64,000 bases of DNA from Alphaproteobacteria bacterium (GCA_030429725.1 JAUIEX010000001.1:3684-67683); one strand, 5' to 3'. Positions 49,373-59,290 are shown, counted from the stretch's first letter. Program-made: numbers and translations. Notes: generated by a model from the letters alone, not told the origin.

Positions 49373-50206
49373 ATGGTGAATTTGTTCAAGGACTATAACA
49401 GGAGCGTGAAGCTTCCGCTTTCGCGGGACCGTCTGCCTTATGTGGACGAACTTCCCATGCTGCTTTCATGGCTGCTGGTCTACCCACTTTCAAAAACGTC
49501 CTGCCGTCCAGAATGGTTGGTTTTGCTCGGTTTCATCTGCCGTGTGGGGGTTGGCATTTTATGCACCACCGGGCAGGCATATGATGCGCTGACGATCATT
49601 CTTTTACTGGCCTCCGTCATTTTGGATTATGCCGATGGTCAGCTGGCACGCTACACAGGCCAAGTTTCCGATAAAGGCGGGCTTTATGATTTAGCATCGG
49701 ATTTTTTTGGCAGTTTCATTATGTTTGGTGGGATTTTCTTTGCTCTGATACAGCAACCTGACGCACCACTGACGGGTGATATTTTACTCTGCACCGCTGC
49801 CTTATTTGCCTACTACATTTCCTGCACGATTGCGTCTTTCACGCGTTTTCGCTGGGTGGCACACATGCGCGGAACCTCAACGCAACGCATTCGTCGAAAA
49901 TTTATTTTCGGGCAGGACGAGGCAGCACAACGCGCTCCTACATCACACAGTCATGGGTTGGTGTTGCGCCTGTTCCGCATCAGCTGGATGGCAATTTCCC
50001 GTTTGTTACTGGCATTTCCAGTATGGCGGAACCGGCCTTTTCATCCTGCAATGCTGCATCTTTACGCCTTTGGCTTTTTAAGTATTCATTGGTTTTTTCT
50101 GGCGTTTACGCTGGTGTTTAGGTTGCCACTGGAAACTTTCCTGTGGGGAGAGATCACAGTTTGTCTGGCATTATCATCAATCGTATGGCTGACGGAGCGA
50201 TCATGA
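49373..50206 (+). CDS. CDP-alcohol phosphatidyltransferase family membrane protein, specificity unknown
   Basis: Exact family signature D-x2-DG-x2-AR-x8-G-x3-D-x3-D (DYADGQLARYTGQVSDKGGLYDLASD). Polytopic. Confidence 0.72.
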   Translation: MVNLFKDYNRSVKLPLSRDRLPYVDELPMLLSWLLVYPLSKTSCRPEWLVLLGFICRVGVGILCTTGQAYDALTIILLLASVILDYADGQLARYTGQVSDKGGLYDLASDFFGSFIMFGGIFFALIQQPDAPLTGDILLCTAALFAYYISCTIASFTRFRWVAHMRGTSTQRIRRKFIFGQDEAAQRAPTSHSHGLVLRLFRISWMAISRLLLAFPVWRNRPFHPAMLHLYAFGFLSIHWFFLAFTLVFRLPLETFLWGEITVCLALSSIVWLTERS

Positions 50207-50253
50207 TGACAATGGTTCGAACTATGGGAAAAACATGCTATCATAGGCAAATT

Positions 50254-50544
50254 ATGAACCTGCAGGAATTACGAGACAATTACCGCGAAGATATCCTACG
50301 CATTGCGGCGAAATACGGGCTGACGAATGTGCGCGTGTTCGGCTCCGTTGCACGTGGTGAGGCCACGGAAAACAGCGATGTGGATCTGCTGGTCACGGCC
50401 ACAAAGCCGCTCACACTATTTGACACGTCCTCGTTTCAGCTGGATGTTGAGGATCTGGTGCACAAGAAAGTACAGATTAAGACCGATGATTATCTCAACC
50501 CGCTGATTAAAGAAAGTATTCTTGAAGGAGCGCGGCTGCTGTGA
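50254..50544 (+). CDS. mntA: MntA-type minimal nucleotidyltransferase antitoxin
   Basis: GSVARGEATENSDVDLLV (GS-x-G...D-x-D). 96 aa from the ATG at 50254. Confidence 0.85.
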   Translation: MNLQELRDNYREDILRIAAKYGLTNVRVFGSVARGEATENSDVDLLVTATKPLTLFDTSSFQLDVEDLVHKKVQIKTDDYLNPLIKESILEGARLL

Positions 50545-50870
50545 AGGATAATTATACGTATCTTCAGCATATCATGGAAGCGATTGAGAAAATTGAAAAA
50601 TACATCGCTGAGTACGGCAGAATTGACGTTTCTCAACAGGCGATTGAACGGAATATTGAAATCATCGGCGAAGCAGCAAATAATCTTTCACTGGAATTTC
50701 GCCAAACATTTCAAAATATTCCATGGCGCAAAATCATCAATATGCGCAATATTATCATTCATGATTATATGGGCATTAACCCGCTACAGATTTGGGAAAC
50801 GGTGGAAGTATATATTCCTGAACTCAAACAACAAATTTCTGCTATACTTAGAAATAGAGAGGAGACCTAA
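50541..50870 (+). CDS. hepT: HepT (DUF86) HEPN-domain RNase toxin
   Basis: R-x4-H motif (RNIIIHDY). GTG start overlaps the mntA stop (GTGA). Confidence 0.85.
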   Translation: MKDNYTYLQHIMEAIEKIEKYIAEYGRIDVSQQAIERNIEIIGEAANNLSLEFRQTFQNIPWRKIINMRNIIIHDYMGINPLQIWETVEVYIPELKQQISAILRNREET

Positions 50871-50873
50871 CCC

Positions 50874-52802
50874 ATGCCAAGCTACAACGCGCCGATTAGA
50901 GATTATCAATTTGCCCTAAATGAATTCCTTGAAATTCAGCAATATCAGGGTGTTGTGCCCGGTTATGATGATCTTTCGATTGTTGACCCTATTTTGGAAG
51001 AAAGCGCGCGCTTCTCGCAGGAAGTGCTGTTTCCGCTCAATCAAACGGGCGATGAGCAGGGTCTGAAATATGGCACGGACGCGGATGGAAGAGGCACGGT
51101 GACCCTGCCAGATGGCTTCGTGGATGCTTATCAGGCTTATGTGGAAGCGGGCTGGCCCAGCTTTGCCTGCGACCCGGAATATGGCGGGCAGGGCCTGCCA
51201 CATGTGGTCAACACACCGCTGATTGAGATGATCTGCTCCGCCAATCTTTCCTTCGGCCTGCTGCCCGGCCTGACCCATGGCGCCTATACTGCGCTGCATT
51301 TATTCGGCACGGATGAGCAAAAACAGCATTACCTGCCCAAGCTCACCAGCGGGGAATGGACGGGCGTGATGTGCCTGACGGAGCCTCAGGCCGGGACGGA
51401 TCTTGGCTTGCTGCGCACCACCGCCACCCCCAAAGATGATGGCAGCTATGCCATTAACGGCACTAAGATTTTTATCAGCTGTGGGGAACAAGACGCCACC
51501 CCAAACATCATCCATCTCATCCTCGCCCGCCTGCCCGGCGCGCCGGAGGGTGTCAAAGGCATCAGCTTATTTGTTGGCGCAAAATATAATCTGGATGCAA
51601 ACGGCGAAATGGCGGAGCGGAATAACATCTCCTGCGGCTCGTTTGAACATAAAATGGGCATCCATGCCAGCCCCACCTGCGTGATGAATTATGATGATGC
51701 CAAAGCGTATCTGGTGGGTGAACCGCATAAAGGCCTGCGCGCCATGTTCGCCATGATGAACGAAGCGAGATTGCTGGTGGGCATGCAGGGGCTGGGTGTG
51801 GCAGAAGTGGCCTATCAGAACGCCCTTGAATATGCCAAGGAGCGTTTGCAAGGACGCGCCTTAAAAGGTGCTGCATTGCCTAATAAACCGGCAGACCCCA
51901 TCACCGTGCACCCGGATGTGCGGCGCATGTTGCTGACCATGAAAAGCTTCACCGAAGGCGCGCGCATCCTTGCCTGCTGGACGGCGCTGCATGTGGATTT
52001 CAGCCATAATCACCCGGATGAAGAACAACGCGCGGGGTCCGATGAATTTGTGCAGCTGATGACACCCATCGTCAAAGCGCATCTGACCGAGGAAGGAACG
52101 CGCACCGCCAACACCGCCGTGCAGGTGCTGGGTGGCTATGGCTACATCAAGGAATATGGCGTGGAACAATATCTGCGTGATGCCCGCATTGCCGAAATTT
52201 ATGAAGGCACGAACGGCGTGCAGGCACTTGATCTGGTGGGGCGCAAGCTGGGCATGAATACCGGCCGCCTGCTGCGCCGCTTCTTCCACCCGGTGGAAGC
52301 ATTCATCACCGAAAATCGTGACGTGCCGGAGATGGCGGAATTCACCAAGCCGCTCTATCAGGCGTTCCGTTCACTCCAGCAATCTTCCATGTGGATCGCG
52401 CAGAAAGGTCTTTCCAACAAAGATGAGGCCGCCGGTGCTTCGGCAGATTATCTGCGCCTGTTCAGTTTGGTCACGCTTGGCTATATCTGGGCGCGTTCAG
52501 CGAAAATTTCTTTGGAGAAGTTGGGTAAGTTCCCCCCCACCGAGTCACTACGCTCCTCGACTCCCCCACAGGTGGGGAGTAATAGTTCCGCGTCCCTTAA
52601 CTCCCCCTCGATGGGTGAGTCTGATTCTGGAACAGAATCAGGTGGGGGTGAAGAGATCGACTCCGACTTCTACGAAGCCAAACTCGCCACAGCGCGTTTT
52701 TACCTTAACAAGATCCTGCCCGAGCATTACAGCCTGATCGCCAAAATTGTTGCCGGCGTCAAGCATCTGGACATGCCGGAGGTGGCACTCAAATCCGCTT
52801 AA
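50874..52802 (+). CDS. Long-form acyl-CoA dehydrogenase (~600-aa family) carrying a ~43-aa in-frame insertion in the C-terminal domain
   Basis: ACAD N-terminal, middle and C-terminal domains (GVMCLTEPQAGTDL, EIYEGTNGVQALDLVGRK) plus a C-terminal extension ...FYEAKLATARFY. Confidence 0.9.
   Translation: MPSYNAPIRDYQFALNEFLEIQQYQGVVPGYDDLSIVDPILEESARFSQEVLFPLNQTGDEQGLKYGTDADGRGTVTLPDGFVDAYQAYVEAGWPSFACDPEYGGQGLPHVVNTPLIEMICSANLSFGLLPGLTHGAYTALHLFGTDEQKQHYLPKLTSGEWTGVMCLTEPQAGTDLGLLRTTATPKDDGSYAINGTKIFISCGEQDATPNIIHLILARLPGAPEGVKGISLFVGAKYNLDANGEMAERNNISCGSFEHKMGIHASPTCVMNYDDAKAYLVGEPHKGLRAMFAMMNEARLLVGMQGLGVAEVAYQNALEYAKERLQGRALKGAALPNKPADPITVHPDVRRMLLTMKSFTEGARILACWTALHVDFSHNHPDEEQRAGSDEFVQLMTPIVKAHLTEEGTRTANTAVQVLGGYGYIKEYGVEQYLRDARIAEIYEGTNGVQALDLVGRKLGMNTGRLLRRFFHPVEAFITENRDVPEMAEFTKPLYQAFRSLQQSSMWIAQKGLSNKDEAAGASADYLRLFSLVTLGYIWARSAKISLEKLGKFPPTESLRSSTPPQVGSNSSASLNSPSMGESDSGTESGGGEEIDSDFYEAKLATARFYLNKILPEHYSLIAKIVAGVKHLDMPEVALKSA
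52527..52655. repeat. Intragenic palindromic element, same family as 692-966, read in frame within the acyl-CoA dehydrogenase
   Basis: Terminal inverted repeat TTCCCCCCCACC (52530-41) against GGTGGGGGTGAA (52641-52), 11/12. Internal hairpins at 52560-52580 (7 bp) and 52621-52641 (9 bp perfect). Confidence 0.65.
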
Positions 52803-53782
52803 GCGCCAAACATGCGCTGATATTGCCGTTGGATAATCCGCCGGCGGTTCCACAGCAGCAGCGCGTGTAGATATTCCAGCGGGTAATGCACGGCCTTGCT
52901 CAAAAAGCGCTTATAGGGCGTTGCCTTCACATAATGCTTCTGAGTGGAATCCTCCGAAAGAAGTTGCCACAAACGCGCATAATTTTTCGGCAATGGTATC
53001 TTCCGCGCCGCATCCGAAGCATGCGTCTTGCGGGCAAATAAAATGGTGCCCTGATATTCCGGCCGCGCTTCCACCGTAAAGCCTGCTTTTTCCAACGTGG
53101 CAGCCAGTGTCGCGTGATTGAAATTGTAAATATGCGCAAAATGAAACCGGTTGGTGGGGGAATGATTGCAAGCCTCAATATCCGGCACATCCACCGCAAT
53201 CAGCCCGCCCGGCTTCAACCATGAATGCAGAAGGGATAACGCCTCAAAAGGACTGCGCAAATGCTCCAGCACGTGGTTGAGCGTAATCACATCATAGCTT
53301 TCGGCAGGAATATCTGCCTTTTCCAATGGCGCATTAACCACCGGAATCTCATAATGTTTCCCGGTATAATTGGCATAGCCTTCATGCGGTTCCAGCCCTT
53401 CCGCTTCAAAGCCGTGCAAGCGTGCAAGCGTTACAAACTCACCGCTGCCACTGCCAACATCCAGTAATTTACCTGTTGCCACAAAGCCCAGCAGGCGCGA
53501 AAGCCGCTCCAGCCCACCCCGGCTATAGCGCAGCACATGCTTGCGTTTTGGGCGCACCGCACCCTTATAATCATCCCGATATTGCTTTTTATAATAAGCC
53601 TGAAGCTCCGCCTGTGATGGAATCGGTTCACTATGCACCATGCCGCACCCGGTACAGATCACCGTGGTCAGCGCCTGATAATGCCGCCCGGTATGGCTGA
53701 GAATCCGCGCCTCTGAATCACCGCAAATGCCACAAGACTCCTGCGTTTTTATAATTTCTCCAACCGAAACATCCTGCACCAT
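52799..53782 (-). CDS. Class I SAM-dependent methyltransferase with an N-terminal Cys4 zinc-ribbon
   Basis: CGICGD...CTGCG, then motif I LLDVGSGSGEF. ATG at 53782 preferred. The 3' end overlaps the convergent ACAD stop by 4 nt. Confidence 0.8.
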   Translation of the reverse strand: MVQDVSVGEIIKTQESCGICGDSEARILSHTGRHYQALTTVICTGCGMVHSEPIPSQAELQAYYKKQYRDDYKGAVRPKRKHVLRYSRGGLERLSRLLGFVATGKLLDVGSGSGEFVTLARLHGFEAEGLEPHEGYANYTGKHYEIPVVNAPLEKADIPAESYDVITLNHVLEHLRSPFEALSLLHSWLKPGGLIAVDVPDIEACNHSPTNRFHFAHIYNFNHATLAATLEKAGFTVEARPEYQGTILFARKTHASDAARKIPLPKNYARLWQLLSEDSTQKHYVKATPYKRFLSKAVHYPLEYLHALLLWNRRRIIQRQYQRMFGA

Positions 53783-53892
53783 AACCACCGAAATTAGCGA
53801 GCAACGAAAATCATAGCAAGCCACTTTATGGAAAATCCTTTCCTTTTGGTGCGCCAACCAGTAAGGAACGCCAAACATTTTCAGGATAAACT

Positions 53893-55719
53893 ATGACAGA
53901 TCTTCGCAATATCGCCATTATCGCCCACGTTGACCATGGCAAAACAACCTTGATTGATTCACTGCTGAAACAATCCGGCACCTTCCGTGACAACCAATCC
54001 GTGGATGAACGGGTGATGGATAGCAATGATCTGGAGAAGGAGCGCGGCATCACCATTCTGGCAAAATGCACCTCCATTCAACTTAATGACACCCGCATCA
54101 ATATTATCGACACACCCGGCCACGCCGATTTTGGCGGGGAAGTGGAGCGTGTTCTTAGCATGGCCGATGGCGTGATCCTGCTGACGGACGCCGCCGAAGG
54201 CCCCATGCCGCAAACCAAATTTGTGCTGGGCAAGGCACTGGCGCAGGGCTTAAAGCCCATGGTTGTTATCAACAAGGTGGATCGCCCCGATGGCCGCCCC
54301 GATGAGGTGGTGGATGAGGTGTTTGACCTGTTCGCCGCGCTGGATGCCAATGAGGAACAGCTGGATTTCCCGATTCTTTATGCATCCGGCCGCGATGGCT
54401 GGTGCGTGAAAGAGCTGGATGATGAGCGCAAAGACCTGACCCCCATGCTGGATTTGATCATGAGCCACGTGCCACCACCGCAAGTGGATAAAAATGCACC
54501 TTTTGCCATGCTGGCAACCTTGCTGGAATCAGATTCCTTCCTGGGTCGCGTACTCACCGGCCGCGTTATCAGCGGTGTCGCAAAACTCAACATGCCGATC
54601 AAAGTACTTAACCTTGAAGGCAAGGAAGTAGAAACCGGCCGCCTCACCAAATTGCAGAGTTTTAACGGCGTGACCCGCGTTCCCGTGGAAGAAGCCCATG
54701 CCGGTGACATCATTTCCATCGCAGGCACAACCATTGCCTCCGTATCCGATACCATCTGTGATCCTGCCGTTAAAGAGCCGGTGCAATCCACGCCGATTGA
54801 TCCCCCAACAATGGCGATCACACTCAGCGTGAATGATTCACCTTTCGCCGGCACGGAAGGCAGCAAAGTGACCAGCCGCATGATTCGTGATCGTCTTTTT
54901 GCGGAAGCTGAAACCAATGTGGCCATCACCGTGACCGAATCCGACAACAAAGAATCCTTTGAAGTGGGCGGAAGGGGCGAACTTCAGCTTGGCGTGCTGA
55001 TTGAAACCATGCGCCGCGAAGGGTTTGAACTGACCGTTTCCCGCCCGCGCGTGCTGCTGAAAAAAGATGAAAACGGCAACCTGCTGGAACCCATTGAAGA
55101 AGTGATGGTGGATGTGGATGATGAATATAGCGGCACGGTCGTTGAAAAAATGTCCAAACGCAAAGCCACCATGACAGATATGCGCAGCTCCGGCGGCGGC
55201 AAAACCCGCATCATTTTCCATGCGCCCTCCCGTGGCCTGATCGGCTATCAGAGCGAATTTTTAACCGATACGCGCGGCACCGGCGTCATGAACCGCCTTT
55301 ATCACAGCCATGATATTTATAAAGGTGACATTTCCGGCCGCCGCAATGGCGCACTCATCTCCACCGATCAGGGCGAAGCCGTGGCCTATGCCATCTTTAA
55401 CCTGCAGGATCGTGGCGTGATGTTCGTCAACCCACAAGAGAAAGTCTATATGGGCATGGTTGTGGGTGAACATAACCGCGAAAATGATCTTGAAATTAAT
55501 ATTCTCAAAGGCAAGCAACTGACCAATGTCCGCGCCTCCGGCACTGATGAAGCGGTGCGTCTGGTGCCGCCACGCAAAATGTCGCTGGAAGATATGATTT
55601 CCTACATTGAAGAGGATGAGCTGGTGGAAGTGACCCCCAAAAGCCTGCGCCTGCGCAAGCGTGAGCTGGATCCGAATGAGCGTAAAAAAGCCTCCCGCGC
55701 CGCCAAAAAAGCCGGCTAG
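53893..55719 (+). CDS. typA: Translational GTPase TypA/BipA
   Basis: G1-G4 motifs ([21 protein letters not shown]) and a BipA-specific C-terminal domain. Confidence 0.95.
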   Translation: MTDLRNIAIIAHVDHGKTTLIDSLLKQSGTFRDNQSVDERVMDSNDLEKERGITILAKCTSIQLNDTRINIIDTPGHADFGGEVERVLSMADGVILLTDAAEGPMPQTKFVLGKALAQGLKPMVVINKVDRPDGRPDEVVDEVFDLFAALDANEEQLDFPILYASGRDGWCVKELDDERKDLTPMLDLIMSHVPPPQVDKNAPFAMLATLLESDSFLGRVLTGRVISGVAKLNMPIKVLNLEGKEVETGRLTKLQSFNGVTRVPVEEAHAGDIISIAGTTIASVSDTICDPAVKEPVQSTPIDPPTMAITLSVNDSPFAGTEGSKVTSRMIRDRLFAEAETNVAITVTESDNKESFEVGGRGELQLGVLIETMRREGFELTVSRPRVLLKKDENGNLLEPIEEVMVDVDDEYSGTVVEKMSKRKATMTDMRSSGGGKTRIIFHAPSRGLIGYQSEFLTDTRGTGVMNRLYHSHDIYKGDISGRRNGALISTDQGEAVAYAIFNLQDRGVMFVNPQEKVYMGMVVGEHNRENDLEINILKGKQLTNVRASGTDEAVRLVPPRKMSLEDMISYIEEDELVEVTPKSLRLRKRELDPNERKKASRAAKKAG

Positions 55720-55728
55720 GCGTTGCTA

Positions 55729-56250
55729 TCACCGCAATGGCTGGCCGTGGCCGGCGCCGGCGCCATTGCCGTTCCCTCGCGCTTTATCCTTTTGGTGCAT
55801 GAAATCCATCATGGCTTCTGCCATGTTGTGAGAGAGGATTGTGGCATCAATTGTTCCGTCTTTTATCTTTTCAGCCAAAGCGGTCAGCCCCTCACCCAAC
55901 CCGTTATTGAGTGCCAGTGCCTGTTCATGCCAATCCAATAATTCACGAATGGCAGATTGATATAACTCCCGATAAGCAAACCGGATTTTGTTATAGGCCG
56001 GCATCTCCCATATTTTTTCAACCCTACTCTGGATGCTTTGATCGGATTCATTCGTCGGATCCATCACCGCAATTCTTGCCACAGCCTCTCTGACATTTTC
56101 ATCCTGATATGCTGAAGAGAAATTCTCTTTGAAAAAATCAATGATTTCTTCACGTTTATAGCACAGTGAAGCTTCTTTATTTTGAAAGATAAGCGAAAAG
56201 AATCCTCCAAAACCAAATGGCTTTCCTTTTCCCATAGCTAATGTTAACAT
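55729..56250 (-). CDS. Hypothetical protein
   Basis: 173-aa ORF with lower G+C than its neighbours. C-terminal GNGNGAGAGHG tail. No motif recognised. Confidence 0.45.
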   Translation of the reverse strand: MLTLAMGKGKPFGFGGFFSLIFQNKEASLCYKREEIIDFFKENFSSAYQDENVREAVARIAVMDPTNESDQSIQSRVEKIWEMPAYNKIRFAYRELYQSAIRELLDWHEQALALNNGLGEGLTALAEKIKDGTIDATILSHNMAEAMMDFMHQKDKARGNGNGAGAGHGQPLR

Positions 56251-56335
56251 GCTCAGGTTAAGGGTTTATTACTTTAAAAAAGCAATTTTTATGAAACTGA
56301 TTGCCATCTTTGGCGTGATGGCGTAACTGCTGATT

Positions 56336-57103
56336 ATGCTCAAAAGCCTGTCAAAGATTCGTGCTTCCGTGCTGGAATTCACCGAGCATCCGCGCTTCCG
56401 CAACAGCATCATGGTGCTGCTGGTTATCAATGCCATCACGCTGGGGCTGGAAACTTCCCGCTCACTCAGTGCGGATGTGCATCAATTGCTGATCTTCATC
56501 GACATGTTCATCCTGATGCTGCTGGTGGGGGAAGTGTGCCTGCGCTGGTTTGCCCATGGCATGGCTTATTTCAGAGACCCATGGAACATGTTTGATTTTG
56601 GCGTCACCGCCATTGCGCTCATCCCTTCCGCGGGGCCGTTTGCCGTGCTGCGTGCGTTCCGCATTTTGCGGATATTGCGCATCCTCACCGTCATGCCGCG
56701 CTTCCGCAGGGTCATCACCGCCATTGCCGCTTCCATTCCGGGCATTTCCTCCATCGTGGTGGTGATGATGGTGATCTATTACGTGTTCGCCGTCATGGCC
56801 ACAAATTTGTTCCATGCGCAATTCCCGGATTTATTTGGGGATATCGGACGCTCCATGTTCACGCTGTTTCAGGTGATGACGCTGGAAAGCTGGGCTTCCC
56901 AAATTGCCCGCCCGGTGATGACGGAGCATCCTTATGCGTGGCTCTATTTCATTACGTTCATCCTGTGCACCACCTTCGTGATGCTGAATCTGGTGATTGT
57001 GGTGCTGATCAACTCCATGAATGAAGCCACCAGCCCGCGCAAACGCCGCGCCGGCGACCCGGAGGATTTTGACCCCGCCAAACTGCGTAAACGGAAATTT
57101 TAG
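56336..57103 (+). CDS. Bacterial voltage-gated sodium channel (NaChBac/BacNaV family)
   Basis: Six TM helices, S4 voltage sensor RAFRILRILRILTVMPRFRRV and selectivity filter TLFQVMTLESWAS. Confidence 0.85.
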   Translation: MLKSLSKIRASVLEFTEHPRFRNSIMVLLVINAITLGLETSRSLSADVHQLLIFIDMFILMLLVGEVCLRWFAHGMAYFRDPWNMFDFGVTAIALIPSAGPFAVLRAFRILRILRILTVMPRFRRVITAIAASIPGISSIVVVMMVIYYVFAVMATNLFHAQFPDLFGDIGRSMFTLFQVMTLESWASQIARPVMTEHPYAWLYFITFILCTTFVMLNLVIVVLINSMNEATSPRKRRAGDPEDFDPAKLRKRKF

Positions 57104-57123
57104 GAATAAGGGATGAGTCTGTC

Positions 57124-58497
57124 ATGAATGTTCACGTTCGCATCGCCCCGTCACCCACCGGTTTCTTGCATATTGGTGTGGCGCGCACGGCGCTGTTTAA
57201 TTATCTGTTTGCACGTGCCAATGGCGGGAAGTTTTTGATCCGCGTGGAAGATACCGATGCCGGGCGCAATTCACAGGAGTCGGTGGATTCCATCTTTGAC
57301 GGGCTGAACTGGCTGGGCCTCAACCCAGATGAAGAACCAGTCTATCAGTCCAAAAATATTGATGCCCACAAGCAAGCCGCGCACCAGCTTCTTGAAAGCG
57401 GCCATGCTTACAAATGCTTCACCCCGGCGGAAGAGCTGGCAGAATTACGCGAAGCAGCGCAAGCAAAGGGCGAGCGCTTCATGTTCCAGTCCCCATGGCG
57501 GGATGCCGACCCGGCAACCCACCCGGATGCACCCTATGTGGTGCGTTTCAAAACCCCACGGGAAGGCAGCCTAAGCTTGCGCGATCATGTGCAGGGGGAA
57601 GTCACCATCCCGGCGGATTCTCTGGATGATCTGATTCTGCTGCGCAGTGACGGTACGCCCACTTATATGCTGGCGGTGGTGGTGGATGATGCCGCGATGA
57701 AAATTACGCACGTGATTCGCGGCGATGACCATCTGACCAACAGTTTCAAGCAAAAACTGCTCTTTGAGGCGCTGGGGCATGATGTGCCGAACATGGCGCA
57801 TATTCCGCTGATCCACGGGCCGGATGGCGCCAAGCTCTCCAAGCGCCACGGCGCGCTGGGCATTGATGCTTACCGGCAGATGGGCTACCTGCCGGAGGGC
57901 TTGCGTAATTACCTGCTGCGGCTGGGCTGGAGCCACGGGGATGACGAGATCATCAGCGACGGGCAGGCGCAGGAATGGTTTGATCTGGAGCATATCAGCA
58001 AATCCCCCGCGCGGATCGATTTCGATAAAATGGCCAGCGTGAACGCGCATTACCTGCGCGCGTTGGCAACGGATGATCTGTTTGCGTTGCTGCTGCCATT
58101 CCTGAAAACTGCACCGGAAGGGCAGAGCAAGGATGCTCTGTTTGCCCTGCTGCCTGCTCTTAAGGAACGGGCGCAGACTTTGGTGGAGCTTGCGGAGCAA
58201 TCCGCCTTTGTGTTTGCGCGTGTGCCGTATACGGAAAAAGCCGCCGCCATGCTGGATGATGCAGGCAGGGCGGTGATCGCTGATCTGCTGCCGAAATTGG
58301 AGGCGCTGGCCGATTGGAAGGGAGAAGCCATCAAGCAGGTAGCGTATGATTATGCCGAAGCCAACGGCACCAAGCTGGGCAAGGTGCTGCCGGCCATCCG
58401 CAGTGGCGTGTGCGGCACCATGGAAGCGCCCGATCTGATGCTGGTGTTAGAGGCACTGGGCAAAGAAGAATGCCTCAAGCGCTTAAGCAATTTGTAA
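57124..58497 (+). CDS. gltX: Glutamyl-tRNA synthetase
   Basis: HIGH motif (LHIGVARTA) and KMSKS motif (KLSKR). Confidence 0.95.
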   Translation: MNVHVRIAPSPTGFLHIGVARTALFNYLFARANGGKFLIRVEDTDAGRNSQESVDSIFDGLNWLGLNPDEEPVYQSKNIDAHKQAAHQLLESGHAYKCFTPAEELAELREAAQAKGERFMFQSPWRDADPATHPDAPYVVRFKTPREGSLSLRDHVQGEVTIPADSLDDLILLRSDGTPTYMLAVVVDDAAMKITHVIRGDDHLTNSFKQKLLFEALGHDVPNMAHIPLIHGPDGAKLSKRHGALGIDAYRQMGYLPEGLRNYLLRLGWSHGDDEIISDGQAQEWFDLEHISKSPARIDFDKMASVNAHYLRALATDDLFALLLPFLKTAPEGQSKDALFALLPALKERAQTLVELAEQSAFVFARVPYTEKAAAMLDDAGRAVIADLLPKLEALADWKGEAIKQVAYDYAEANGTKLGKVLPAIRSGVCGTMEAPDLMLVLEALGKEECLKRLSNL

Positions 58498-58535
58498 TTC
58501 TTGAATAAACTGCAAAGCCCGCTTATCCTAAGCTC

Positions 58536-59087
58536 ATGGCCATTCTTCCACTCGTTTTATCACCCGATCCACGGCTGAAAGAAATTTCCAAACCTGTGAA
58601 GCAGGTGGATGATGATTTGCGCGCTTTTATGGATGATATGCTGGAAACCATGCGCACCTGTGATGGGCTGGGGCTGGCTGCCATTCAGGTGGGCAGGCCG
58701 GTGCGGATTCTGGTGATGGATATTGCCCGTGGTTCCCAGCGTTACGACCCGGATGCTTACGACGAAACGGCCACAGACCCGCTCTTTCTGGTCAACCCTG
58801 AAATTATTGAGCAATCTGACGAGCTTTTTACCTTCGACGAAGGTTGCCTTTCCTTCCCCGGCCAGTTTGCGGCGGTTAAACGCCCCAAGCGGGTGAAGGT
58901 GAAATATCTGGATTATCATGGCAAACAGCGGGAACTTGAAGCCGAAGGGCTGGCCGCCGTGTGTGTGCAGCATGAGATTGATCACCTTAACGGCATCACC
59001 TTTGTGGATCATGTCTCCCGCATGAAGCGGGATTTGATCCTGCGCCGCATGAAAAAGCGTGAACGCTATGAGGATACGGCATCATGA
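58536..59087 (+). CDS. def: Peptide deformylase
   Basis: All three motifs present: GLAAIQVG, EGCLSFPG and QHEIDHLNG. Confidence 0.93.
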   Translation: MAILPLVLSPDPRLKEISKPVKQVDDDLRAFMDDMLETMRTCDGLGLAAIQVGRPVRILVMDIARGSQRYDPDAYDETATDPLFLVNPEIIEQSDELFTFDEGCLSFPGQFAAVKRPKRVKVKYLDYHGKQRELEAEGLAAVCVQHEIDHLNGITFVDHVSRMKRDLILRRMKKRERYEDTAS

Positions 59088-59290
59088 AAACGCTTCATGC
59101 CTGCTGCCTGCTGCTATTACTGGCCGCCTGCCAGCCTAGCCGCGCACCGGAACCGCAGGACCCACGCCTGCAGCGCCTGCCTTATCCGGAACGGGTGGAT
59201 CCGGTTCCTATCGAAAAGCCGAAGGAACTCACAGAAATTGAAAAACTGCTCGAGCGCCGCCGCCAACAGCAATATAATCGCAGCTATTAG
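59084..59290 (+). CDS. Small lipoprotein
   Basis: Lipobox LLLAAC. The ATG overlaps the def stop (ATGA). Confidence 0.5.
   Translation: MKTLHACCLLLLLAACQPSRAPEPQDPRLQRLPYPERVDPVPIEKPKELTEIEKLLERRRQQQYNRSY

Noticed and set aside
58500-58529. Sigma-32-like promoter motif CTTG-N18-CTTATCC upstream of def
   Set aside because: The spacing fits the alphaproteobacterial RpoH consensus loosely. However, the -10-like box ends ~7 nt before the def ATG, which would leave no 5' UTR or ribosome-binding site. def is also not an expected heat-shock gene, so this is probably chance.
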